Source of the DNA: Heteronotia binoei
Lineage: Eukaryota
Length of the DNA: 64,000 nt
Direction of reading: 5' to 3'
Assembly: GCF_032191835.1 (NCBI RefSeq)
Contig: NC_083229.1
Coordinates: forward strand, 88,288,001-88,352,000
The translations under genes and the position numbers were made by a program. The notes beneath the pieces were generated by a model that was not told where the DNA came from, did not search any database, and worked only from the letters and a program-made list of their open reading frames with translations. Every line of letters starts with the position of its first letter. Within the stretch, counting starts at the first letter, position 1. Shown here in pieces: positions 1-11,695 of this stretch.

Positions 1-2
1 AT

Positions 3-1007
3 GTTTTTGCCATCTGGAGTCATGGAGAGGTTGCTTTGAATAACTTTCTCCTTCATCTGAATTCAGTCCATCCTCGTATCCAGTTCACCGTGGAGAAAGA
101 AAACAATGGTCAACTTGCCTTTCTTGACGTTCTCATTACCAGGAAAGACGATGGAAAACTCGGCCACACTGTATTCAGGAAACCCACACACACCGATCGC
201 TATCTGAATAAGAATTCCAATCATCATCCCCGCCAAAAACGTACAGTTGTAAAAACCCTCATTCACCGTGCATCACGCATCTGTGAACCAAGCCAACTCC
301 AACAGGAACTACACCACCTCAAACAGTCACTGCAGGCCAATGGATTCTCCCAACAAGAAATTAGAAGAGCCTTCCATCCCAGGAGATCATCCACACCAAA
401 TCCCGAGCCACACACAAATGTGGGTACAGCCTTCCTACCCTACATAAGATCTGTCACCGACCGCATTGGCAAAATTCTCAAACGCCATAATGTTGACACA
501 GTCTTCAAGCCCACACAACAGATCCGCCACATGCTGCGCTCGGCCAAAGATATGAGAGATCCACTTTCAACCCCTGGAGTCTACAAAATACCCTGCTCCT
601 GTGGTGCAGTCTACATTGGCACTACCCAACGCAGTATCAACACCCATCTCACCGAACACAAGAGACACTGTCGCTTGTTTCAGTCAGATAAATCAGCTGT
701 AGCTGAACATGCACTTCAAGAAGGAGACCACGTCATCCACTTTGAAAGAACTGAAGTCCTTTCTACGGTCTCACATTATCATACCCGCCTGAACAGAGAA
801 GCTATTGAGATTTACAAACACCAGCACAATTTTAACAGAAAGGAAGAAGGCATTTTCATCCACCAATCTTGGTACCCAGCTCTGCAAAACACCCTACAGA
901 CTATAAATTGCAGAAAGTCTCAGAACAACCAGCAAATTCCACAGAACAATCAGCACAGTCAACAACCATCTTATCTTCAAACCCCTTCCAACCTTCCCAG
1001 CAATTAA
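3..1007 (+). CDS. PLE polyprotein C-terminus (RT thumb + GIY-YIG endonuclease), 5'-partial
   Basis: Frame is open from base 3 (VFAIWSHGE.., typical of the residues just after the PLE YVDD motif) to the stop at 1007; contains GVYKIPCSCGAVYIG and EH/REAIEI motifs. Confidence 0.9.
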   Translation, partial: VFAIWSHGEVALNNFLLHLNSVHPRIQFTVEKENNGQLAFLDVLITRKDDGKLGHTVFRKPTHTDRYLNKNSNHHPRQKRTVVKTLIHRASRICEPSQLQQELHHLKQSLQANGFSQQEIRRAFHPRRSSTPNPEPHTNVGTAFLPYIRSVTDRIGKILKRHNVDTVFKPTQQIRHMLRSAKDMRDPLSTPGVYKIPCSCGAVYIGTTQRSINTHLTEHKRHCRLFQSDKSAVAEHALQEGDHVIHFERTEVLSTVSHYHTRLNREAIEIYKHQHNFNRKEEGIFIHQSWYPALQNTLQTINCRKSQNNQQIPQNNQHSQQPSYLQTPSNLPSN

Positions 1008-1208
1008 CACAGAACAATGGTCACATTCAACAGCCAGTTTCCTTATCACTACCCTTCCAGGAAGCCCCACCAAACAATGGGCACATCCACAAACCAATTG
1101 CCCTTTCATCACACCCCCTCCAGCCTACAAATAGCAGCTCTCCAGCAGCCCTGGCCCCACTCAATGCACAGCAGCCAAGAAGGTCTGAGCGCCTGCTCCG
1201 GCTGCAAC

Positions 1209-1250
1209 GCCACTGAGGATGTTCTCTGCAGCTGAGAATGAAACGTCTGG
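1209..1250 (+). ncRNA. Minimal type I hammerhead ribozyme of the PLE terminal repeat
   Basis: CCA-CUGAGGA-U-GUUCUC(UGCAGCU)GAGAAU-GAAAC-GUC-UGG: conserved core, 6-bp stem II, palindromic ACGU stem III, GUC cleavage triplet (1245-1247), stem I CCA/UGG. Confidence 0.8.
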
Positions 1251-1479
1251 AAGGAAAACTTTCTCCAGTAGAACATGGCACATGATCCCGAAAGATTCCA
1301 CAAACCCTAATCCTCAAAGAGTTGAAATGCTCTCAGTAGGGAATACCTCCTTTAATCCTGTCTCCCAACACATTTTGTGTTTTGTCATTTATAAGAGCTA
1401 AAAAACTGGAATCAAACTTTTCAAAGCCAACTAAAATCTCAACTATGCAGCCTGTAAACTGATTCCTAGGCATCTTGCA

Positions 1480-3460
1480 TTCCTGCGTACTGTGAAATAA
1501 AGCTGTCTTGCAAGCCTTGTGGAACTGAACAAGGTCCCACAAGGCTCTTGCTTCTTCCGGCAGTTGGTTCCATCAATAGGGGGCCACTATAGAGAAGGCT
1601 GTCTCCCGAGTGATCTTCAATCTTGCCTCCCTCGGCCCAGGGATCGATAACAGGTTCCATGTCCCTGATCTGAGTACCCTCTGGGGAACATATGGGAAGA
1701 GATGGTCCCTAAGGTAGACAGGTCCTCGGCCATGTAGGGCTTTAAAGGTAATAACCAGCACCTTGTAGCAAATCCAGTACACTAGTGTTTCCCAATTGCA
1801 GAATCGTGACCTGGTACCGGGCCACAGAAGCCTCAATACCAGGCCAAAAGAATAGTCAAAGCTAGCCCCGCCTCCAGCATAGCTAGCTCCGCCCCATCTC
1901 TGTGCTGTGCAGAGAGGAGCTGAGCTGCCTCTCCTTCCTTCTCGCCCACTCCCAGTGTTTGTGAGAAAAGCTGGCATCCACTGGCACTTTAGACCCATGA
2001 AGTGTTCTTCAAGGTATGAGCTTTCATGTGCCTTGCAGTATGTTCTTTTGGGGAGATTTCCTCAGGAGGCCTGGGTGGCAAAGAAGGGTGTGTGTGGGTT
2101 TTTTCAACCGGGAGGGGTGAGGAGTGAGCATTCTATTAGCTATTTTTTTTTTACCAAACGACCTCTGGGCAGAATTGTTGCTGGCTGGGGTCATCTGATG
2201 ATGAGGAAGGCTTTTTTTTTCTTTGCCCCTCCCTTCTTTTTTTCTTTCCCTGCAAGTGATGCTCTGTCTGTATTCTTGGTGATGGGAGGGAGGGAAACAA
2301 CACTGGGAGGGCTTCAAGTGCCCTGGCCCCACTGGAGGACATTCTGATGCTTTTGGGGCATTGAATGAGGGAATTTTGGACTGGATAAAGGCGGATTTGG
2401 CAGTGGCTGCTATCTGGGCCTCTATTGTCAATGAAGGTTCCAGTAGCACCCCCAAGCTTCTGATCTTGGGCGCCATTGCAAGTGGCACACTATCAAAAGC
2501 TGGTAGGGGGATTCCCCTTTTCGGGCTACTGTGGCTCAGGCAAAGGATCTCTGTCTTTGTCAGATTCAGATTCAGTCAACTCAGCTTAAGCCACCCTGCC
2601 ATGGCCTTCTGTGCCAGATCCAGATTTTCTGGGGTACAGGCAACCCAACTCATACCTTCTGGCAATCTGGGCAAGGGGGCACATATAGATGTTAAACAGC
2701 ATCGGGGAGAGCACCGCCCCCTGAGGCACACCACAATTAAGTGAGTGTCTCTGGGATGACTGTCCCCCAATCGCCACCCTTTGTCCCCACCATGGAGAAA
2801 AGAGGAGAGCATTGTAAGGCCAACCCATGAATCCCTGCATTGGCAAGGTGGTAAATCAGCAACTGATGGTTGACTGTGTAAAACACAGCTGACAGGTCCA
2901 ACAACATCAGTATCACTGAACCCCCTCAGTCCAGATGCCACTGGAGATCACCCACCAGGGCAACCAGTACTGTCTCCACTCCATGACCTGGGCGGAAGCT
3001 GGACTGGTGGGAATCTAGAATGGAAGAGTCCTCCAGAAAACTCTGTAACTGTAGTGCTACTGCCCTCTCAATAATTTTGCCCAAAAAGGGCAAATTCAAG
3101 ACCGGCTGACAGTGTGCCAATTCAGCCTGATCTAGTGATTTTTTTTTTCAGGAGAGGGCAGACCACTGCCTCTTTGAGGGGCCCTGGAAAGAGTCCCTCA
3201 GAGAGGGATCTATTTACGATATCCCGTATAGGATATCGTAGCTCCAACTGGCAAGCTTTAATCAGCCACGATGGGCAAGGTCACATGTAGTTGGGCGCAC
3301 AGTAGAGAGAATTCTGTCAACTTCCTCCTGGTTGAGTGTTGTAAAACGATCCAAAACTCATCCGGAAAAGAGGTACAGAGCCTCGAGTTCCCTTACTGTT
3401 TCAACAGTGGCAGGGAGGTCATTGTGGAGCGATGTGCTGCACACAACTCCAAAACAATAA
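1480..3460 (-). mobile_element. L2-clade LINE, fragmented (RT to C-terminus), interrupted at about 1835-2345 and 2800-2925
   Basis: Minus-strand peptides EEVDRILSTVRPTTC, LGKIIERAVALQL, GVPQGAVLSPMLFNIY, SLGVLLEPSL and TFKALHGRGPVYLRD are L2 ORF2 motifs. Boundaries approximate. Confidence 0.88.
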
Positions 3461-3739
3461 TATTCACTATGGTTGCCAGTCCCCAGATCAGGCAGGGGAT
3501 TTTGCATTTTTGTAGGTTTCTACCTGCTGCCAGTCAGTTGGCTGGTAAGGGAACCCCTGCCCCCCAACAATGAACAGTGGCAGCCACCACTCTCCTTCAA
3601 CTCCAGCAAGATTTAAAGGGTCCTCCAGATGATCAGCAGGATCGCATGGGCTGCTAGTTAGCTGAAGCGCCCTTTGAATCTTGCAGGAGAGGAAGGGGCA
3701 CACTGGCCACAAGCAGTCCCTACTGGCAAAATACAACTT

Positions 3740-3986
3740 AAAAGGAAGGTTCCCTTCAAATGGTTTTTGCAAGTGGGCACCATGCACAGCATGCCTGAAC
3801 TCCAAGAGGCAAATTTGCTGCTTGCAAAACTTAATTAAAGGGAAGGTTCCCTTCAAATGTTTTCTTTCCCCCCAAGTGTGGCTGGGCCTCACACACGCCT
3901 GACTTTCAAGTGGCAAATTTACCACTTGGAGTTCAGGTACACCCTGCATGGCACTTGCAAAAACAATTTGAAGGGAAACTTCCCTT
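3740..3986. repeat. Imperfect inverted repeat of about 80 bp per arm (fold-back/MITE remnant)
   Basis: About 3741-3822 (aaaggaaggttcccttcaaat..cctgaactccaag..) matches the reverse complement of about 3907-3986; a third partial direct copy lies near 3838. Confidence 0.6.
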
Positions 3987-4108
3987 TACAAAAATTCTAT
4001 TATTAACAAAAAGCCAATGACGCTGAGAAATGGTAGAGGTGCAGTGATAGTAAAGGAAAAAATGTTCCTTTGCCCTTATCCATATCACAGCATGGATTTG
4101 ATAATAAA

Positions 4109-4212
4109 CTCTAAAGTCATGACTGACTGGTTTTCTGCCATCGGTGCTCTAGCAATCTCCCTCTAAAGTCATGACTGACTGGTTTTCTATCATCGGTGCT
4201 CTAGCGATTTCC
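4109..4212. repeat. 52-bp tandem duplication
   Basis: ctctaaagtcatgactgactggttttct.. starts at 4109 and again at 4161. Confidence 0.9.
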
Positions 4213-4699
4213 CTTGCAAGTACAAATTCTGAAACTTTGCAGACACCTGGGTCTGTTGTTTACTAAGGCAACATTTAGTACGATTGTGTAAAAAGCCTAA
4301 ACCAGAAGATCAGTCCATTGCTCTATCATATTAGTGTCAGCATGGTATCAATATAAAAATCTGTTAAAACTGTCTGAAGACCAATAATCCAGTAGTCTCC
4401 CAGAGGAGAACATTCTAAATTATTTCCCATCACTTGTGGATACCTGAAGACCCCAAGATCTAAACCCTATCCAGGTGACAATCTCCAAAAAGCTTCCCAC
4501 ACAGAAAACACATCACTAACACTCTGAACTACAGAGAAGATTACGTTCAGAATATTATGGTAACTCTCAAAGAATGAGTAGTACCCATTATGGAAGACTG
4601 CAGTTCCCCAAGTGCCAATTTCCAAGGGTCCACAACATCAGTCTCCAGATCACACAGACTAACTCAGTCAAGCAGTTTGTTGAGCAGCATCCTGGCAGT

Positions 4700-5070
4700 A
4701 CACCAACAAATTCCCATGGTTATGACCTTTAAAGATCTTCACAGCATGGGGCACATATACCTGAGTTTCCTCCCACACTTCTGTGCCCTAACTACAGTCT
4801 TCAGACTGTCACCCACTGGCTGTTCACCCACTTAAGTGGCTTGTCTGGCATCAACTGGTGCTCCCTGAGAAGAGCCCCCTTATTGGAGGAGGAGGTACTG
4901 CAAGACTTGTTTGTTTGCCAGTCCTTTTGATGGAGTATGAACAGCTGGCAACTTTTAAGGAGAGAGGGAGGTATTTGGGATTTATTATTCAATTTTAATT
5001 TGTAACCTTTTAATTATTACTTATAAGCCGCCTTAAACAAAGAGGAAAGGTGGGCTTTAAATATTTTAAT
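4700..5070 (+). mobile_element. Old L2 3' remnant
   Basis: VMTFKDLHSMGHIYL resembles the L2 TFKALHGLGP.YL motif; an L2-like 3' tail (taagccgcctt..gaggaaaggtgggc..) lies near 5020-5065. Confidence 0.5.
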
Positions 5071-5169
5071 CAAGCAAGCACAGCATGGGAAGACTTGACT
5101 TTACTGCTCTATAAAGCAAGACTAGATGTAATGGATTTAAAAGTTTTGGGAGAGTTCTTTTTGGTTGAT

Positions 5170-5361
5170 CATGAAAAAAAATGTCCCAAGGGCAAATAAG
5201 AGAAGTTTGACAATGGAATCAATTACTTGAGCAAGAAGCTTGCCCCTGCTATGGGTCTTCAAGCCGAGTTTGGATAATCCCATTAATTCATTTGCAGAGC
5301 AGGTGTTTAGACTAGAGCTCTATAAGGCCCCTTTCCACTCTAGAATTATATGATTCTATGA
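5170..5361 (+). mobile_element. Old CR1 3' end remnant
   Basis: Ends in gactagagctctataaggcccctttccactctagaattatatgattctatga, the CR1 3'UTR plus (ATTCTATG)n-type tail. Confidence 0.55.
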
Positions 5362-5375
5362 CCTTGTAGCTTACT

Positions 5376-5661
5376 AAGAAGAAGAAGAAGAAGATATTGG
5401 ATTTATATCCCGCCCTCCACTCCGAAGAGTCTCAGAGCAGCTCACAATCTCCTTTACCTTCCTCCCACACAACAAACACCCTGTGAGGTGGGTGGGGCTG
5501 GAGAGGGCTCTCACAGCAGCTGTCCTTTCAAGGACAACCTCTGCCAGAGCTATGGCTGACCCAAGGCCATGCCAGCAGGTGCAAGTGGAGGAGTGGGGAA
5601 TCAAACCCGGTTCTCCCACATAAGAGTCCGCACACTTAACCACTACACCAAACTGGCTCTC
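5376..5661 (-). mobile_element. tRNA-headed CORE SINE (Squam3-like), full length
   Basis: Head gagagccagtttggtgtagtggttaag (A box) and ggtttgattccc (B box); CORE-like cctcacagggtg; L2-like 3' end; (TTC)n tail. Confidence 0.88.
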
Positions 5662-6585
5662 CTAACTGATATCCTAAATCATACTGCATGATAGACCATG
5701 CGGTATATGCACATATTCACCTCAATGACAAACAATAGTGATAACCTTACCCAATAACATCCCACAAAACCAAATAAATGAGAATGTCAAGACACACACA
5801 AGAGGGGAACCCACAGCTGTTGTTATTAAATGCCCAGCTGCTGATTTATAATAATAAACTTAATAAAATATTACGTAGGGTTTTTTTGGTCAGGGTGTTA
5901 CCAGGTCCCAAGTCTACCAAGTAGAAAAATATATTAACTTTATTTACAAGATAAAAGGGAAAGAGAAACACAAATGGGATGATAAAAACTAAATAAAACA
6001 AACATATTGTGCACAAAGGAACACTTAAACAAAGCCTTCAGGCAATTTGCCTATCTCCCTACACTGGACTGTGTAGTAGTTGGCTAATTCCCTAGACTAA
6101 TACTCACTGACGCTTTTCTGCTGTCAGGTCCAACACCAGAGAGACGCCTTCCAAAGTTCCATCCTCATTCACCTGGTTGTGTCGTTAGCTTCTTCTAGAT
6201 CTCATGAAGAAGACTCCTGGCTTCTGGCTTTTGTGGGCACCTAGCCTGATTTTATCCAGGCTGGCTGATTTAATCCAGGCCAATTGCTGACAAGATCTAA
6301 TTTACAAGTTGTCATCTAGCCTTGACACTAGATGATAACCTGTCAAGGCTAGATCTAAACAATTTATGTGTCTTGTGGGCTGACTTCACAGGTGTATCTA
6401 GTTAGTCTCCACCTGTAACTACTTAAGTGCCTATTAACTTTGACATATTGCTGGTGCAAACTCTGAAAGACTTAGAACACACATAGACACAAACACTTAG
6501 GTGTCTCTCAGTTTCTTGACAGAGAAAGCACTGTAGAATCACTAATATATATGTCCAGACTCTTCTTCTTTCATCTCTCTTTTGC

Positions 6586-7692
6586 CTCCAGCGGCATCTG
6601 GATCAAGGTGGCTCAGTGTTGTTAGATCTATCGGCTGCATTCGACACAGTCAACCATCAGCTACTGACCTGCCGTCTCGCCGACGTGGGGATCCAGGGGT
6701 TGGCCTTGCAATGCCTTTCCTCTTTCCTTGATGGTCGCGGACAAAGGGTGATGATTGGGGGTGAACTGTCCCGGAAGCACCCACTTAACTGGGGGATGCC
6801 ACAGGGGGCGGTGCTCTCCCCAATGTTATTTAACATCTATATGTGCCCCCTTGCCCAGATTGCCCGGAGGTGTGGGTTGGGTTGTCACCAATATCCTGAT
6901 GACACCCAACTCTATCTACTGATGGACGGCCGGCCAGTCTGTGTCCCAGAAAATCTGGACCTGGCATTGCAAGCTGTGGCAGGATGGCTGAGGCTGAGTA
7001 GGCTGAAGTTAAATCCAGTGAAGACAGAGGTCCTTTGCCTGAGTCGGGACAGTCTGGGAGGGGAAATTCCCCTATTTCCCGGGGCTGCAGGAACTGCACT
7101 GGCTGCCAATAGCGTACGGGATTCGTTACAAGGTGCTGGTTATTACCTTTATAGCCCTATATGGCCGAGGACCTGCCTACCTTAGGGACCGTCTCTCCTC
7201 ATATATCCCCCAGAGGGTACTACGATCTGGTTCTCAAAACCTATTGGTAACCCCTGGGCCAAAGGAGGCCAAACTGAAAGTCACCAGAGAAAGGACCTTC
7301 TTGATTACAGCTCCTCACTGGTTGAACCAATTACCAGAAGAGGTGCGGGCCTTGCGGAACCTTGCCCAGTTTCACAGGGCCTGCAAGACTACCCTATTCC
7401 AGCTGGCTTTTACTTAATGTGGAATCTACTGTAGACGGAATACTGTCGCCATGAAAAAAACTGAAAGATGCGTAACATCAAGATTTTAGCACCAAAATGA
7501 ACTTAGATGGTTTAAATGTATATGGTTTTAAATTTATGATTTATAATATGTATGCATGATTTATGATGTTTGTTTTAACTGCTGAAGTGTCATATATTAT
7601 GTTATGCTATGTGAGCCACCTTGAGCCTGCTTCGGCGGGGAGGGTGGGATACAGATTAAATATTATTATTATCATTATTATTATTATTATTG
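6586..7692 (+). mobile_element. L2-clade LINE, 5'-truncated, with an internal deletion and complete 3' tail
   Basis: LLDLSAAFDTV, PQGAVLSPMLFNIY, CHQYPDDTQLY (YADD variant) and C-terminal ACKTTLFQLAF; 3' tail gtgagccaccttgag..gggata plus (ATT)n. Confidence 0.92.
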
Positions 7693-8305
7693 CCTCATGA
7701 TTATGAGTTTTGCGCAATTAAGCAGATACTGTTCTATTTTGTTCTACCTGTAATATTTCATTCCTACCACCAAGAACAGATTAGTTGTCTTTTCCTGTCA
7801 GATACGAGACAAAGCCCAGCTCACTCTCATCACCAGGACAGACACTAGAACTTAAGCGCAAGCATCTATGTGCAAGACAGCAGAGTAAGCATAACATAAT
7901 GCTCTTTTATCGATTTATCTACCAATAACAGTGTGTCAGGGTTAGCAACCTTTTAAACAGACAACTGGAAATTCTCTTAAATGAGATAAAATTCCCACGA
8001 TTGGCAAGTTGCTTGCCTCAGCCCTTGCCTAACACAAGCAGCCTTTGAAAGAGCATCCATTTCCTATTTAACAGGATGTCAGGAACAGGTCATAAAATAT
8101 GCAAAAGTCCCACAGCTCTGAAGAAAAGGTCACCTTTTGATGCAGCAATTTCATTATAGTGGTCCCAAAGCAAAGTGCCAGACATTTGCTTTGACAATAA
8201 TGTCAATTATTGTGATTAATAATGTTTTTCACTGCTATCAAAATAAAAATATTCAATAGAAGAAAATGTTTTAATGAAAGAGTTATGATTACTAAGCACA
8301 TCAAA

Positions 8306-8680
8306 CAGAGCTGGATTAACAATTAGTCCAAGTAGGCACTGGCCTATGGGCCCCCAAGCCTTTAGGGGCCCCGGGCTGGCTCCCCTCCCCCCCACCAGTT
8401 TCCTCCCTGCTTGCAGCCCTCCCAGCCTGCATGAGCAGCCAACAACTGAGCTGCTGTTTGCCCAACATGCCTGGTGTGGTGGCTGCTGGCGTTGTCACCA
8501 AGTTTGCCTCTCTCTGCCTCTCCCCTGTAGTTTAGTAAAAGGGGCTTTTAAGAAGGTGCCTGCAAGCTGCAGCAGGGGCCATGAGCAGCAGGGCAGGCAC
8601 TCTAACTCTGAGATAATTTGTGAGGGGGCCTCCAAGATTATGACTTCCTAGGGGCCTCCACAGGGTTTAATCCAGCACTG
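8306..8680. mobile_element. Non-autonomous DNA transposon (hAT-like MITE)
   Basis: 14-bp TIR cagagctggattaa / ttaatccagcactg (1 mismatch); no clean 8-bp TSD. Confidence 0.6.
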
Positions 8681-11049
8681 ATCAGACTAGATATGACTAT
8701 GCTAAATAACTGATGAAATATTTTGGGATTTCAGCATTCTGGTAGTAAAATTCATACCTTGCCCATAGGCCTAGTTCTGCACTTCATCTACAGTGAAAAA
8801 TAGCAGAATTATCTTCTAAGGCTTTATGTGGGAATTTCATATCCATTTGTGTCATGTGAATATGTCTACTGACTGTTAAAAAATTCCAGTATTAATACAT
8901 GAATATATTTTAAAGCCATATTCTTCCACAAGTCTATTAATGCAAGCTTTGTGGTGATATCACAAGAGGGGAAATGTCACTGCTTTCCAGTTATTGCTGT
9001 TCCATTATTCTGAGCAAGCGTTTATATACCTGTTCTGTGAACAAGACACTTTAAGAGACTGTGAAGGACAAGAACAAAAGGATAAAATTAATGCATTTCA
9101 AGGCACCCCTAACTACAATGTCTTGTTCCGTAGGACTGGTTCACACAAATTAATGGCCCAGCATGCTTTGGAGAACAATGATATTATAATAAAGCAAATA
9201 TTAGTTTGCAACATACCCTGTACAGCTTGGATGTCACAGACAAAGCTTTAAACAACATTTTAATCAGTAAAGCTGCACTTTTGCTAACAGAAATCTACAA
9301 TGAGGAACTAAGGCATAACTACTTATGCTGTTTAAATTGCTTTCGTTGTATCAATCCATATGTAGTTTACCGGAATGAACTTTCATTTTGTACCTTGAAA
9401 GCTGCAGAAATAAACACATCTACATGGTATTTTAACAAAATTACTGTTACATATATCTGATAATGAATTTTCTTTCCGAATCTGTGGAAATTATTCATAT
9501 GTATTTACACTAGAAAGTGATCTTTGAGTGGAACTATTACAAGTTTCAGCTTCTGCTTGAGATGGTTGTCTGTGTCAACAGCATGTAAAAAATTGTGCTT
9601 TGTTGTCTTAACTGGGTGTGACATTAGTTGGACACAAACAAAACAGTCACAATAGTGCCAACTCTCTGGCTTGGTTCTCTACATAGATGGGATGAAGTAC
9701 CAGAAAAAAATATCCAATCCATTAAGAAGAATGGCAAGATACGATGCATTCCACACTAAAGATTATTGCAAATTGTGGTATTAATCACAAGCACAGGCTC
9801 CTAACAGTACTCCATCAAGATAAGATTCTCCACCATTGCCCAATACGGAGGGTCCTGATCTGAGAAACTCATGTTATGTAAGTGTAGAGGGTTACCATCC
9901 TCTTTATTACTTCAGTGACTTCAGAGCCCAGTCAGCCCGCAAAAAGGAACATATGCCACCATAGCTAGGATCACATGAAATTTCTCCCCACTTTTACTTA
10001 TTATGTAGTTTATGAGACCAATTCAGTTCCAACCCGTAGCTGCAATACATGAATGTCAGATGTTTGAGAGCCACAATACAGAGGGAGGGAGCAAGGAAGG
10101 AAGGAAGATGGGGGAAAGAGAAAATGCAAAACAGAATATGAATAATCCTACATAATTCAATAACAATTTGAATAAAATTTCTTTTGACTCCATTTAAAAG
10201 TATATATGTATATATACTCAAGCTTGTGCACTTCTGTGGGTATCTTTATGCTTGGTGATTTTATCTTCATGTTCAAAGGAGACCAATGATATGCTACCTG
10301 AAATATTTATTAAAAAACAAACATTGACAGGTTTGGCACAGAGACAAAAATACTGAGATGAGACCTCTCTGATTTATTAATTTATTTATTGGTCTTTGCT
10401 CACATTTGGAATTATCTGTTGCTTTCTCCTAAATAAACTGAATTAGTACTTAAATTCACACTTCATAGAAAAGATAATAAAGCCAGAAGTGAAAATAACA
10501 GAAGGCTCCATAGGATGTTTTTGGAGGAGAGATATTTCTGAAGAAGGACCCTCTGAACCCCTGAGAAAATAAGCCTTTTCGTGACAATGTCTAGATGGTC
10601 AGTCACCAAAGAGGTAGAGGCCCACACCACATAAGTCACATCAGATTGTGTCACCCAGGCATAAAGGTCCTCTTTAATAGCCATTGTTTATGGGATTCAG
10701 TTATGCTATTACAAACAAAGCAGAGATGATGGTCAAGCTCCTGTCTTTCCAGCTAAGGCACCTGCATCTCAGCTTAAAGTCACAGAAGATGCTGTAAAAC
10801 CAGCTGCAGATAGACTGAGGGAGCTGAGCTGGGAAAGAAATTAAGTAATGATGACATGAGAAGTAAAGGGCCAAACTGCAGCGTACAAGAAGAAAGAGGA
10901 AAAAGCTGCTTCCTGCCTACTTCACCTACCCATGACAACCTGTCCAGAGGTGGATTTTCATATTCTTGCTCTAAGTAGTATTATTTCTGAAAATACAACT
11001 TAATAATATAACTTCTGTATAATATTTTTATATTCCTTTATCGATATAA

Positions 11050-11245
11050 TTTCAGAGGGCAGCCATGTTGGTCCACAGTAGAACAGCAAATATGAGTCCA
11101 GTGGCACCTTAGAGACCAACAAAGAGTTTCAGGGTATATATAAACTTTCAAGTCAAAGGTCCCTTTGTGGGACACAGTAGAGTGAAACCTTATATCCTGA
11201 AACTTGTGTTGGTCTCTAAGGTGCCACTGGACTCAAATCTAACTA
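11050..11245. mobile_element. PLE terminal-repeat-derived inverted mini-element
   Basis: Perfect 29-bp inverted repeat (11093-11121 / 11207-11235, tgagtccagtggcaccttagagaccaaca); the sequence resembles reptile PLE terminal repeats, with a decayed hammerhead between the arms. Confidence 0.7.
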
Positions 11246-11579
11246 TTCCTTCAACAGAATATTCAGAAACAGCAAAATATAAACTCATTGTAACTCTGGG
11301 CATAAAATCATTAAATAAGGCATAGGCTTGGAACCTGCGAAAAAAAACTGCTGAGAAACATTTTTTAAAAAATTGTTTTTCCTACTACTACTACAGACCT
11401 TCAAATTCTCAAGGAGTGGCATTTTAGGAATCATGTTGGGAGAGAAGAAGTCCTGTTCCACTGATGGAAATGCCTTCCATAAGTGGAGATTTACCACAGG
11501 ATCCAAGGTATCATCTCTTTGTGACTGATGGCAAAACTAGAGCCAAATTAAGGTGACTTGAAAAAAAACAAGGTCAATA

Positions 11580-11695
11580 TGGGTAGCTGTGTTAGTTTGT
11601 CTGTAGCAGTAGAAAAAAGTAAGAGTCCAGTAGAACCTTAAAGACAAACAAAATTTGTGGTAGGGTATGAGCTTTCGTGAATCACTGCTCCAGGG
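11580..11695 (-). mobile_element. PLE terminal repeat fragment with the 3' half of a hammerhead
   Basis: The minus strand reads ..tcacGAAAGCTCatacc..gtctttaaggttctactggactc, related to the 11050-11245 arms; the CUGANGA half is missing. Confidence 0.65.

Larger units (their letters stand above)
1..1311 (+). mobile_element. Penelope-like retroelement (PLE), 3' part, running off the window start
   Basis: ORF with RT C-terminal/thumb motifs (FLDVLI, YRKPT-like FRKPTHTDRYL) followed by a GIY-YIG endonuclease (GVYKIPCSCGAVYIG); hammerhead motif at the 3' end. The 3' boundary is approximate. Confidence 0.92.

Noticed and set aside
3216-3241. Hairpin tacgatatcc..ggatatcgta
   Set aside because: Part of the L2 coding sequence; no independent evidence of function.
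5899-6521. Possible minus-strand solo LTR containing a 14-bp inverted repeat (6314-6327 / 6341-6354)
   Set aside because: No matching TSD; the origin is unresolved.
2926-6600. One L2 breaks at LQWHLD and the other starts at LQRHLD
   Set aside because: Both copies hold the downstream sequence, so they are not two halves of one element; treated as coincidence.
8115-8150. CUGAAGA followed by a hairpin, hammerhead-like
   Set aside because: No GAAA after the stem and no NUH site or stem I.
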